From the IMG/VR virus record IMGVR_UViG_3300007734_000761, positions 96,001-160,000 of that record: a stretch of DNA of 64,000 nt; one strand, written 5' to 3'. The notes beneath the pieces were generated by a model that ran no database searches, had not been told where the DNA came from, and was given only the letters and a program-made list of their open reading frames with translations. Numbering within the stretch: the first letter of the stretch is position 1; every line of letters starts with the position of its first letter. Both the position numbers and the translations under genes were made by a program. This document shows positions 35,466-44,009 of this stretch, one piece after another. Origin of the DNA: a virus.

Positions 35466-37094
35466 TTAAATTAGCCAAGTTAAATCCATCATTTGTCCGT
35501 TACCAATATCCATACTCCATTGATTGGGAACTCCATTTCCTCCGCCTATTCCTCGGTAACTTCCACCTTGATAAACACCAGGTCCTACAGATGTTGTTGA
35601 TTTTCCAAAATTTTCTAAACTTGCTATAGTTAATTGATCTCCTGTTTGTTTGTATTTAAGACTTGTGTCTCTTAAAAACATACAAATACCTAAAGCCATT
35701 ACTAAGTCATCATGATAACCATCTTGTGCTTGAGCTTTACCATGTTTCCAAATAAATGTTCTTAATTCTTCTAAAGTACGTTTACTTTGAATAGTTACAC
35801 TTTTTTCATGTAAATAACTAATCATTTTTCCAATAACTAATGGACGAGTACGTAAAGTTGTACTAAAACCCGGTACCATTCCTTGTCCTGAGTCAAATTT
35901 ATTTAAGTACATTTCTACATTAGTAAGAGCTGCATCTTGTCTTGGACTATAGTACATGTTTGGGTAACCTCTTTCAATTGCTGTTTGAACTACGTCCCAT
36001 CCTACGTTAGCATTTTCAATAACTAATAAAGCATTGTTGTATTCACTAGCTATACCAACTAAAAAATGACCATAATCACGAGTTCCTATTTGTCCTTTAT
36101 ATTCTGCTACTTGAGTATTAGTTTCTATGTCAAAAACATGAAAAGCGCTGTAATCTTTTCCATCTCCTCGAGCACAGTCAGCAACGACAGCATACATTTT
36201 TGAATAATCAGGTCTTTCAAATACCCAAAGATTACCATCTAAACCTCTACGCTCTAAAGGTTCTTTTGCTTGTATTAAATACCAGTTTAAAATAGCAGGA
36301 TCAATAGCTGTGTCACCAGATGTTGTAAAATCACAATCACATTCTTGTGCTGCCATTCTAGGTCCTAAATCTACATCTTGTTGGTCTCTCCAGCTTTGAT
36401 CTCGCTCAGGGTGAACATCCCATGGTAATCTTATTGGTAAAAAACTATTTTGACCTTCTTCTGCTTTCACCCAAGTTCTGTGGAACCAGTTTCCTGTGCC
36501 GTATGGTGTAGACATAGCGATACATCCACCACCCGTCGCCAAGGTTTGTTGGGCAGATACGAATACTTCTTCAATATTATCGATAAATGCAGCCTCGTCA
36601 ATAAGTAATAATGATACGGCTTCACTTCGCGCACTATCACCCGCAGCAGATACAGCTTTCATTTGACTACCGTTTGATAATCGTATACTAAGCTTATTAT
36701 TTTCTAAAGATTTAATTTTCATCCAACTAGGTAAATTATCATATCCAAATTTTACCTTAGTTACCATATTTTTTGCTGTTTCTGTTTTAGTAGCAATACA
36801 TAACACGTTTTTATCAGTATGATAAAGCATAAGCCATAAAGCATATGCTGAGCTTAATGTACTGATGCCTAATTGTCTTGATTTATTTACTATATTAAAT
36901 TTATTTTTTAAAAATAATCGTAATACGCTTTCTTGAAACGGGTATAAATTAAAATGAACTCTACCTTTAGTAGGGTGCTGAATCATGTAGTATTTTTTAC
37001 AAAAATAAACAGGATCTTGCTTACATTTAAGAAGTTCTTGTTGAATTGCTTCTTTTATAGAAAGCTGTTTTGGGATATCATTCAATTCGCTCAT
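35466..37094 (-). CDS. gp17: Terminase large subunit (T4 gp17-like)
   Basis: LYPFQ, KSRQLGIST (Walker A), LLIDEAAF (Walker B), STPYG, D.ARGDG.DYS and HDDLVMAL motifs. Confidence 0.96.
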   Translation of the reverse strand: MSELNDIPKQLSIKEAIQQELLKCKQDPVYFCKKYYMIQHPTKGRVHFNLYPFQESVLRLFLKNKFNIVNKSRQLGISTLSSAYALWLMLYHTDKNVLCIATKTETAKNMVTKVKFGYDNLPSWMKIKSLENNKLSIRLSNGSQMKAVSAAGDSARSEAVSLLLIDEAAFIDNIEEVFVSAQQTLATGGGCIAMSTPYGTGNWFHRTWVKAEEGQNSFLPIRLPWDVHPERDQSWRDQQDVDLGPRMAAQECDCDFTTSGDTAIDPAILNWYLIQAKEPLERRGLDGNLWVFERPDYSKMYAVVADCARGDGKDYSAFHVFDIETNTQVAEYKGQIGTRDYGHFLVGIASEYNNALLVIENANVGWDVVQTAIERGYPNMYYSPRQDAALTNVEMYLNKFDSGQGMVPGFSTTLRTRPLVIGKMISYLHEKSVTIQSKRTLEELRTFIWKHGKAQAQDGYHDDLVMALGICMFLRDTSLKYKQTGDQLTIASLENFGKSTTSVGPGVYQGGSYRGIGGGNGVPNQWSMDIGNGQMMDLTWLI

Positions 37095-37504
37095 AACAAT
37101 ACTATTAAAAATATACTAATCGCTGCTACTATACCAGTAATTACATAAGATTTACTTAATTTAGTTTGTAAATCACTTATTTGATTTTCTTTTTCTTTTA
37201 TTACTCCTTTATAACTAGTAACTACACTATCATGTCTAGTTTCATTTTTCTTATATAAAGCTATCTGAATATCACCAATTTTTATTGTAGAGTCTTGTGA
37301 TTTAATTATTTTATTTTGTGATTTAATAGTATCCCTACAAACAATAAGTTGTTTTTGTAAATAGTCTCGTTCTACTTTTACCTCTAATGCTTTTCTTAAA
37401 GCAGAAACTGGTACTACTACACTAGTATCACTTAAAAGTTTTTGTGAACTTACTGGCAATGTCAGCATTAGACATACCATTAAGACGCTTACGTTCTTCT
37501 TCAT
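37091..37504 (-). CDS. Secreted/membrane coiled-coil protein, possible spanin component
   Basis: N-terminal signal peptide (..LPVSS|Q), coiled coil, C-terminal TM helix; overlaps the upstream gene. Confidence 0.45.
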   Translation of the reverse strand: MKKNVSVLMVCLMLTLPVSSQKLLSDTSVVVPVSALRKALEVKVERDYLQKQLIVCRDTIKSQNKIIKSQDSTIKIGDIQIALYKKNETRHDSVVTSYKGVIKEKENQISDLQTKLSKSYVITGIVAAISIFLIVLL

Positions 37505-37769
37505 ATTGTTCTTTAAATTCTGCGGCTCTTTTAGCTGCTGCTTCTAAATCTTTTTTATCTTTTGCAATTTGAGCAGCTAAAATATTTTTTACTGAGTCTA
37601 GGCTAGCTATTTTTTGTTTATCTTTAGCTATTTCTTTATTCAAGCTATCTATGGTATTATAATATTGTTGTTCTTTATTATTAGAATAACGTGGGGTTGG
37701 TTTATGAAACCAAAAATATAACACAACTATTATAACAACTAAAATCAAAACACTTGATATATTTTTCAT
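37428..37769 (-). CDS. N-terminally anchored coiled-coil protein, possible i-spanin
   Basis: TM helix VLILVVIIVVLYFWF followed by a coiled coil. Confidence 0.45.
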   Translation of the reverse strand: MKNISSVLILVVIIVVLYFWFHKPTPRYSNNKEQQYYNTIDSLNKEIAKDKQKIASLDSVKNILAAQIAKDKKDLEAAAKRAAEFKEQYEEERKRLNGMSNADIASKFTKTFK

Positions 37770-37770
37770 A

Positions 37771-38256
37771 TTATAATCCTAAATCAGACATTGTCTTAAG
37801 ATCATCATTAACGTCAAAATCTTCTTCTTCTAATGATGTTCTCCACATGTCAAATTCACTTCTCATAGATTCTTCAGGACTTTTAAATCTTGACATAACA
37901 TCATTATCAGCAAATACGCCTGACGTTCCTTTACCATCATCAAATAAATGATATGTCATTCCTTTAATATCTTTAGCAATACCTTTATATTTCATGTATG
38001 TTCTTCCTGGTTCTCCTGAACCTGGCATTCCACCTATATAAACATATTCTTTACCTATTGTTAAATTTTTAGGATCTACTTCATTTAAAGTTTCTTCTTT
38101 AAGTTTAACATCAGTGTCTTTTAGTTTCATTTCACCAAAAGCATGTTTTTTAAAAGGTACGGCTTCTTGTACATCTTCTACCTCATTTATTGGTAAAGGT
38201 TTAAAAGCTTGTACCATTCTTCTAAATAAATCGTTTGAAAAGTCTATATTGTCCAT
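37771..38256 (-). CDS. Hypothetical protein with I/L-x-E sites
   Basis: PINE, LKEE and LNE sites; preceded by ATATTTAT at 38271-38278. Confidence 0.6.
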   Translation of the reverse strand: MDNIDFSNDLFRRMVQAFKPLPINEVEDVQEAVPFKKHAFGEMKLKDTDVKLKEETLNEVDPKNLTIGKEYVYIGGMPGSGEPGRTYMKYKGIAKDIKGMTYHLFDDGKGTSGVFADNDVMSRFKSPEESMRSEFDMWRTSLEEEDFDVNDDLKTMSDLGL

Positions 38257-38258
38257 AT

Positions 38259-38789
38259 TTACATTTTAGTATAAATATGTTCAAATATAGCTTTCACACG
38301 TTCTTCTGTAGAACCACTTACTACTAGTAAATTTTTAGGTGGATATGTTTCTAAAAGATTTTGAATTTGATAATCAATTTGATCTCTATATTCTCTATTA
38401 GTTTCACGAACTCCGTTATCTTCTATTTCTACTCCATCAGGTTTTACATAAATTACTAAATCATACTCATTTCTAAGATTCATTGCGGCATGTTCAAAGT
38501 CATATTTTTGACTATTATTAATACTTTTAGATAAAGCTGTAAAACTACAAACATCCCATATAGTTCTATCTGTAATGATATTATCAAACATTAACTCAGT
38601 ACTTCTTTCTGCTAAGAATATAAATTGACCTTTTAAAGTACTATCAGTATTAAGAGGAATACCTAAACCCATTAAATATTTACTTCGTTCAGTAGCAGTT
38701 TCGTAATTTTTAAAAAAATCATGTGCTCTTAAAGCATTTACTAATGTAGTTTTACCTACACTCATTGTACCTGTTAAACCTATTTTCAT
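38259..38789 (-). CDS. P-loop kinase/ATPase (AAA_28/NadR-like)
   Basis: IGLTGTMSVGKTTL, ITDRT..D, IEDNGVRE and GSTEER motifs. Confidence 0.85.
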   Translation of the reverse strand: MKIGLTGTMSVGKTTLVNALRAHDFFKNYETATERSKYLMGLGIPLNTDSTLKGQFIFLAERSTELMFDNIITDRTIWDVCSFTALSKSINNSQKYDFEHAAMNLRNEYDLVIYVKPDGVEIEDNGVRETNREYRDQIDYQIQNLLETYPPKNLLVVSGSTEERVKAIFEHIYTKM

Positions 38790-38790
38790 A

Positions 38791-39033
38791 TTACTTCATT
38801 GATTGTTCGTAACGTGGATCTTTTGATGGAGGAATACCGTTAAAATCTCTTTTAGCTTCTTCCCACTGTTCTTTAGTTTTTTGTTCTCCAAAAATATAGT
38901 ATTCTGGTTTTTGTTTTTGGTCTTTTGAATGAATTAATGCGGGACCATCCCAATTGTGTAGTACTCTACGTTCATCATTGTTGAAGTAATAAATAGTTTT
39001 ACCATCAACGGTTTTCATTTTAATTGTTTGCAT
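38791..39033 (-). CDS. Hypothetical protein
   Basis: LHNWDGPA...EYYIFG motif common in phage proteins. Confidence 0.65.
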   Translation of the reverse strand: MQTIKMKTVDGKTIYYFNNDERRVLHNWDGPALIHSKDQKQKPEYYIFGEQKTKEQWEEAKRDFNGIPPSKDPRYEQSMK

Positions 39034-39050
39034 AACTTATTGTATATAGT

Positions 39051-40400
39051 TTAAATAAAAAGTGTTAAATCTCCATCATACCACACGTCTTCTAGATGGT
39101 ATTTATCATTAAGTAAAGACTCAGCAACATATATCCCATGAGCTCCACTTACTGTAATTCCTCTTGCACTTAGTGCATCTCCTACAAAATAAACATTTGG
39201 ATATTTAGTAAGACTTAAATTTTTGTAATTAACTAATGGTTCGGGTGAAAGATATTTTACTTCAGGTACATAAACTCCCCAATCATCACCAAAATCAAAT
39301 ACTTTATTCATATCATCAATAAAGTTTTTAATGTAAGTCCAATATTCACCCATAGCTTCTTCAATTTGAGATGTTTCTGCAACAGGATGACTGCTAACCA
39401 TTTCACCTTCTGATGTAATACCTGCTACTCTTGATGGGCTATAGTACAATCCCGTTCCATCTTTTTGTAATTTAGACACAACATTACGACTCCATTCAAA
39501 TGGATTTTCAATGCCTTTGATTTCCATAATAATGCCAAAATTAGTCATATCATTTCTGTATTCTTCGCCTTTCTTTGCATGGCCATTATAAGTAACATCA
39601 CCATAAGTTTCTTCTACTGCAACATAAGCAGCATTATTGTTAGTACAAAATGAACGTAAACTAACATCATCAAATTTTTGGTACAATTTAAAATCATAAC
39701 TTACATCAATTAATTTCTGAAAGTAATGTTGTGGTGCTTCAAATCGAACTCCAATTTGAACTGATTTAGGTTCATCTGGTAATTGATATTGATTAGCTAA
39801 TTGTTGAGCAAAATCAATTCCTGACTTGCCTACTGCAAATATAAGTTCTTCATAATCTATTTCTAGATTTAACTCACTGTTTAAAATATCACAAACTATA
39901 AGTTCTTGAGTAAAATCAATACTAGTTACTTTAGTTTCCCAATAAAAGTTTACACCTTTATTAACTAAATATTGATACCAGTTTTTAGCAATTTCATGAA
40001 GATAATTACTTCCAATGTGATATACAGGAAACATTCTTAAACCAAAATATGGTTTAATAAATTCAGGTTCTTCTTGAGGATTTGACAAGTAAATTTCTGA
40101 TTCTTTAGGATGAAAACGTCTAAAGTTTTCTATTACTTGATCCATTAATTCCATTGCTTTTTTCTCACCACAGTATTTTGATAATTGACCACCAATTGCT
40201 GTGTGGTAAGTTAATTTACCATCACTCCATCCTCCTGCTCCTAACATTCCTTCCATTACTTCTTCAGGAAGTCTGTTATGGGGATCTTTACCCATATCAA
40301 TAATAGTAATATCTTTTCCAGGATAACCATTATCTACTAATTTAGTTGCTGCATTGATGCCTGCAACACCTGCTCCTACAATAACTATTTTCATGCTCAT
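39051..40400 (-). CDS. FAD-dependent oxidoreductase (COG2509-like NAD(FAD)-utilising dehydrogenase)
   Basis: IVIVGAGVAG, GAGGWSDGKL, GVRFE, RSFCTN, NGHA, TNFGI and YFVGD..ARGI..SG..G motifs. Confidence 0.88.
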   Translation of the reverse strand: MSMKIVIVGAGVAGINAATKLVDNGYPGKDITIIDMGKDPHNRLPEEVMEGMLGAGGWSDGKLTYHTAIGGQLSKYCGEKKAMELMDQVIENFRRFHPKESEIYLSNPQEEPEFIKPYFGLRMFPVYHIGSNYLHEIAKNWYQYLVNKGVNFYWETKVTSIDFTQELIVCDILNSELNLEIDYEELIFAVGKSGIDFAQQLANQYQLPDEPKSVQIGVRFEAPQHYFQKLIDVSYDFKLYQKFDDVSLRSFCTNNNAAYVAVEETYGDVTYNGHAKKGEEYRNDMTNFGIIMEIKGIENPFEWSRNVVSKLQKDGTGLYYSPSRVAGITSEGEMVSSHPVAETSQIEEAMGEYWTYIKNFIDDMNKVFDFGDDWGVYVPEVKYLSPEPLVNYKNLSLTKYPNVYFVGDALSARGITVSGAHGIYVAESLLNDKYHLEDVWYDGDLTLFI

Positions 40401-40409
40401 AACTAAAAT

Positions 40410-40438
40410 ATTATAATAAATTATTCATATTAAACCAA
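40410..40438 (-). promoter_or_regulatory. TTGGTT-N17-TATAAT promoter
   Basis: -35 at 40438-40433, 17-nt spacer, TATAAT at 40415-40410. Confidence 0.7.
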
Positions 40439-40693
40439 ATAAATTTTTAATTTAAGTTTACCATTTCCTTTAATAGCTCTATGCCATTTGTGTTTAGGAA
40501 TGTAAATTGGTTTATTTAATGAAGTTGGTAATTCGTTGTCTAATTGAATTTTCCAATTTGTTTCACCAATTATTTCAATTGTTCTGTCTTCATTATCACG
40601 ATGCCACATCAATTCTATAGGATCAATGTTTTCATCAAATTCCCTAATAATATATTTGTCAGTAATTTCTAAATCTTTATACGGCTTTATCAT
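40430..40693 (-). CDS. Small cupin-like protein
   Basis: WHRD.EDR...W..QLD...IP...WHR.IKG pattern. Confidence 0.65.
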   Translation of the reverse strand: MIKPYKDLEITDKYIIREFDENIDPIELMWHRDNEDRTIEIIGETNWKIQLDNELPTSLNKPIYIPKHKWHRAIKGNGKLKLKIYLV

Positions 40694-41102
40694 CTGTAAG
40701 AGGACCGCCTACAACCCAAGCATTACAAGTTCGAGCTGCAGCACATTTAAACTTTAAAAACCTACAGTATCCTAATTGACCTGCTTTAATAACATCAAAT
40801 GGATCTTCTGTACCTTCATCACTACCTATTCCTTTAGCTATGCAATCTAATGTTTTTGTTGTAATATCAAATGCAGCACAGTTACCACAACGAGAAGATT
40901 TAGCTTCTTCTATAGAATCAAGTTTCCACATGTCTACTTTATCCTGCCAAAATTTATCGTTTGGTTCATTTGGGTTTAGAGGACCATATCCATACTCATT
41001 AATTGCTTTTTGTCTGTTTTGAAGATTTAATTCAATATTTTGAGTGGGGGCAGGACATTTACTTATTTCTGCTTCGTTTAATATATTAATTAGTTTTATC
41101 AT
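40677..41102 (-). CDS. Tagged (MIKLINILNE) Cys-rich putative internal head protein
   Basis: N-terminal tag; CP.PTQ, YGP.NP, CGNCAAF and GYC..LKFKCAA.RTC.AW. Confidence 0.7.
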   Translation of the reverse strand: MIKLINILNEAEISKCPAPTQNIELNLQNRQKAINEYGYGPLNPNEPNDKFWQDKVDMWKLDSIEEAKSSRCGNCAAFDITTKTLDCIAKGIGSDEGTEDPFDVIKAGQLGYCRFLKFKCAAARTCNAWVVGGPLTDDKAV

Positions 41103-41419
41103 TTTTTATCTTTAATTAACAATTCACCTAAAACTTCTAAACGACCAACTTCTCTTTGAAATTCAATTTGAGACATGTCTAAAGAGATTTTTTTATAAGT
41201 TTCCTCGTATTCTTTTTTTGCTTTTTCTAAATCTAATTTACCTTCACTTGCCTTTTTGTAATAGGGTAATTTAACTTTAAAGTGGTGCCAAGTTAAAAGC
41301 GCTAAACCTCCTTTTTTGTGAGCATTATCAGCAATTTTTTTAGCTCCACTCATACGAGTTTGACTAAAATCTTCAAATTGGTTTTTTGCTTCTACTAGTA
41401 TGTCTTTAAATTTAATCAT
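41099..41419 (-). CDS. Tagged (MIKFKDILVE) putative internal head protein
   Basis: N-terminal tag; ATGA overlap with neighbours. Confidence 0.7.
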   Translation of the reverse strand: MIKFKDILVEAKNQFEDFSQTRMSGAKKIADNAHKKGGLALLTWHHFKVKLPYYKKASEGKLDLEKAKKEYEETYKKISLDMSQIEFQREVGRLEVLGELLIKDKK

Positions 41420-41775
41420 TTTTTTAATCGTTGAGTTTTTCTTTTAGATGCTTCTTTTCTGGCAGTGATGTATGTTAGTCCTTTTTTTAAACGAGCTTTT
41501 ACTTCAGGATTTTTGGCTTTACTATATGCTGCTCTTACACGTTGATGAATTAAGTTAATAATCTGTGATTGGCGAGCATGGCTTTTTGCTTTAAAAGATG
41601 ATTTAGACAATGTATTTTTAATGTCTTGAACAGTTTTAAATTTAACACCTACAGTATCTGTTGGATCTTCATCTGTGTATAAACGGCGACTTGATCCTTT
41701 TGGCTTTTTACCTGTGCCTACTTTAGGATCAGCCTCATTTAAAGATTCTTTTAGAAGATCTACTAGTTTAATCAT
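41416..41775 (-). CDS. Tagged (MIKLVDLLKE) basic putative internal head protein
   Basis: Tag followed by DPKVGTGKKPKGS.RRLYTDEDP.DT. Confidence 0.7.
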   Translation of the reverse strand: MIKLVDLLKESLNEADPKVGTGKKPKGSSRRLYTDEDPTDTVGVKFKTVQDIKNTLSKSSFKAKSHARQSQIINLIHQRVRAAYSKAKNPEVKARLKKGLTYITARKEASKRKTQRLKK

Positions 41776-42500
41776 TTTGTTTTACCCCATGTTTTACCTT
41801 TACCTGGTCTTTTACATTGAGAAGGTGTAGGTCTACATGATGGATATTTTGATCTTACCTCACCTTTTTTACGGCCACAAGGTTTACATTTTCCATCACG
41901 ACAAGTATTACAATCTACCCATCCTCCTGTTTTACCTGGTGCTCCTTTACGTTTAAACCAAGTTCTTAATGTTTCTTTTTTAGCTTCATCTAATTCAGAT
42001 TTTCTATTATTAATATAAGTTTCAATATCTTCGGCTTTATAGCCTAATAGTTGACCTATTCTTCTAGCATCTTCATCAGTAGCTTTATATGACAAATAAC
42101 CATTGTATTTTTCTGCTATGTCTTTTAACTCATTAGCTTCATTTTCTGCTCCTTTTACATAAAAAACATAAGCTCTATGGGGATTTGAAGGAACTTTAAT
42201 AGTACCTAAATCAAACTTTTTTACAATATCCCAAAAATTTTTTTCAGGAAAATCCATGCCATCTAAAACCATAAAACCTAATTTTCGTTTTCCATCTAAA
42301 ACAGTTTTTATAGAACCTTTATCCTCGTATGCTTCTTCAGCACTAATTTCTTCTTTTAGTCCCTTCCAAATATTTCCTTTACGACATCTAACAATAGCAC
42401 CAGACTTATATGCTGAAGGTTTACTGTAACGACGATCTGCTATGCGTTTACAGCGATCTTCAGTAAGTACTTCAAGTAATATGTTAGTAAGTTTAATCAT
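41772..42500 (-). CDS. Tagged (MIKLTNILLE) three-module putative internal head protein
   Basis: Modules (PSAY.SGA.V.CRK; central domain; LR.WF...GWVDC...CGR...YP.CRP) separated by LKEE and LDE. Confidence 0.7.
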   Translation of the reverse strand: MIKLTNILLEVLTEDRCKRIADRRYSKPSAYKSGAIVRCRKGNIWKGLKEEISAEEAYEDKGSIKTVLDGKRKLGFMVLDGMDFPEKNFWDIVKKFDLGTIKVPSNPHRAYVFYVKGAENEANELKDIAEKYNGYLSYKATDEDARRIGQLLGYKAEDIETYINNRKSELDEAKKETLRTWFKRKGAPGKTGGWVDCNTCRDGKCKPCGRKKGEVRSKYPSCRPTPSQCKRPGKGKTWGKTK

Positions 42501-43375
42501 ACAGAAATTGAAGTTGATATGTCACCTGTAGGTATTAACTTACCACCCATATTTTCTATTTTTTGTTTCATTTCTTCAAAGTTTTTTGGTATTACACTTA
42601 CTTTAAAACTTTTTGGGTTTTCTTGAACAAATTTAAAAAAATCATTTAATGTAGGAAATAAACCTGTTATATTAGGACGATTTTTATAATCATATTTTTT
42701 TAGTTCAACAGCTTCTCCGGGTATTTTTAAGTACTGTTTTTTTTCTAAAAATGGTTTTAAAAATCCATATTTAGTTGCTCTAAATACTGTTATTTTTTTT
42801 AATTTACCATTAAAATAAAAAATTCCTAATTCCTTTTTTATTCCATTTTCTACACTTCCATATTGTACTGCTAGTCTTCTTTGTGCTTCTCTAGGTAATT
42901 CTATAGTAAAATTTTCTGTTACCGAAAAATCTATTTTATTTACGTTTTTATCTATTTTTATTTTTCTTAAGGCTTTAGATAAATCAATGCCTTGAGTCAA
43001 ATCAGAAGTAGGAGCTGATGAAACTGTAAACTCATCATCTATGTCTACTCCTAAGTCTTTTGCTTTAATAGCTGCACCTTCTACAGGCATTATAATGCCA
43101 TTCTGCAATAAAGCTTTTATAAACGTACTAGCGTTACCTGTTCCTTTAATGTTGAATACTTTTTTAACATCATCTACATTGAAATGATTTATGTCTTCTA
43201 AAGATTCCATTTTCAAAACAATGTCTTGAAATCTAGGTCCTGAGCCTCTAACATTAGATATTTTACTTTCCCAGTCATCTGTTAAAGTGTAGAACTTCTT
43301 TATCTGTGGCATTTCAGCCAAATGTCTTTTTACAGCTTCTACTAGTATTGCTTTTATTAAATTTCTTTTTTCCAT
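42497..43375 (-). CDS. Hypothetical protein with an N-terminal LIKAILVE/LAE tag variant
   Basis: ORF translationally coupled within the tagged array. Confidence 0.6.
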   Translation of the reverse strand: MEKRNLIKAILVEAVKRHLAEMPQIKKFYTLTDDWESKISNVRGSGPRFQDIVLKMESLEDINHFNVDDVKKVFNIKGTGNASTFIKALLQNGIIMPVEGAAIKAKDLGVDIDDEFTVSSAPTSDLTQGIDLSKALRKIKIDKNVNKIDFSVTENFTIELPREAQRRLAVQYGSVENGIKKELGIFYFNGKLKKITVFRATKYGFLKPFLEKKQYLKIPGEAVELKKYDYKNRPNITGLFPTLNDFFKFVQENPKSFKVSVIPKNFEEMKQKIENMGGKLIPTGDISTSISV

Positions 43376-43376
43376 A

Positions 43377-44009
43377 TTACCAAAATCCTGAGTATGATGA
43401 TTTTAATCCTAATAATTTAGCGTAGCGAGGTAAACGACAACTCCAGTAACTTGCTTTTGTTCTGTCTTTTTTATTAGGACAATCGTGACGTTTTGAAAAA
43501 GCAGCTCTTGCTTTAGAGTTATTAATTTTAGCTGACAAACCAGTAGTGTCACCAAATGATACTTTTTTAACTCCACCACCTGGTTTTCTTACATAAACAT
43601 AGAATTTTTTAGATCCACCACGTTTTGGTTTACCAATTGGAGGTATTTTTTTCTTTTTATCTGCTTCTTCTAAGTCTACTTCTTCTAATAGTAAGTCTAT
43701 TGGAACTAATTTACCATTGTAAAAATCAAACGTACCAATTTCTGTTTCTTCTAAAAGTTGCTTGTCAGCTCCATCGAAAGTTATTTGTTTATTTTCATGT
43801 AACCATCTAGCTTCTTGCCATAAGTCAAGAAAAGATTCACTGCCATATCTAAATGTATTTTCAGTAATAGGAAGTTTTTGATAAACATGATATAACATGT
43901 TAGGACTAATTTTTTCTGGGTTAGTCGATTCTGTTAGTAAAGGAGCTTTAGGTCTGGCGCAAGTTGGACATCCTGATCCTTCTAACAATATGTCTTTTAA
44001 CTTAATCAT
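43377..44009 (-). CDS. Tagged (MIKLKDILLE) two-module putative internal head protein
   Basis: FRYGS..F..L..EAR module, then KKFYVYV...VSFG...F..RH.C..K....YWSC module after LEE. Confidence 0.7.
   Translation of the reverse strand: MIKLKDILLEGSGCPTCARPKAPLLTESTNPEKISPNMLYHVYQKLPITENTFRYGSESFLDLWQEARWLHENKQITFDGADKQLLEETEIGTFDFYNGKLVPIDLLLEEVDLEEADKKKKIPPIGKPKRGGSKKFYVYVRKPGGGVKKVSFGDTTGLSAKINNSKARAAFSKRHDCPNKKDRTKASYWSCRLPRYAKLLGLKSSYSGFW

Noticed and set aside
26738-37094. Introns or inteins in capsid, portal or terminase genes
   Set aside because: ORFs are continuous, near the expected size, and show no intein or LAGLIDADG/HNH motifs.
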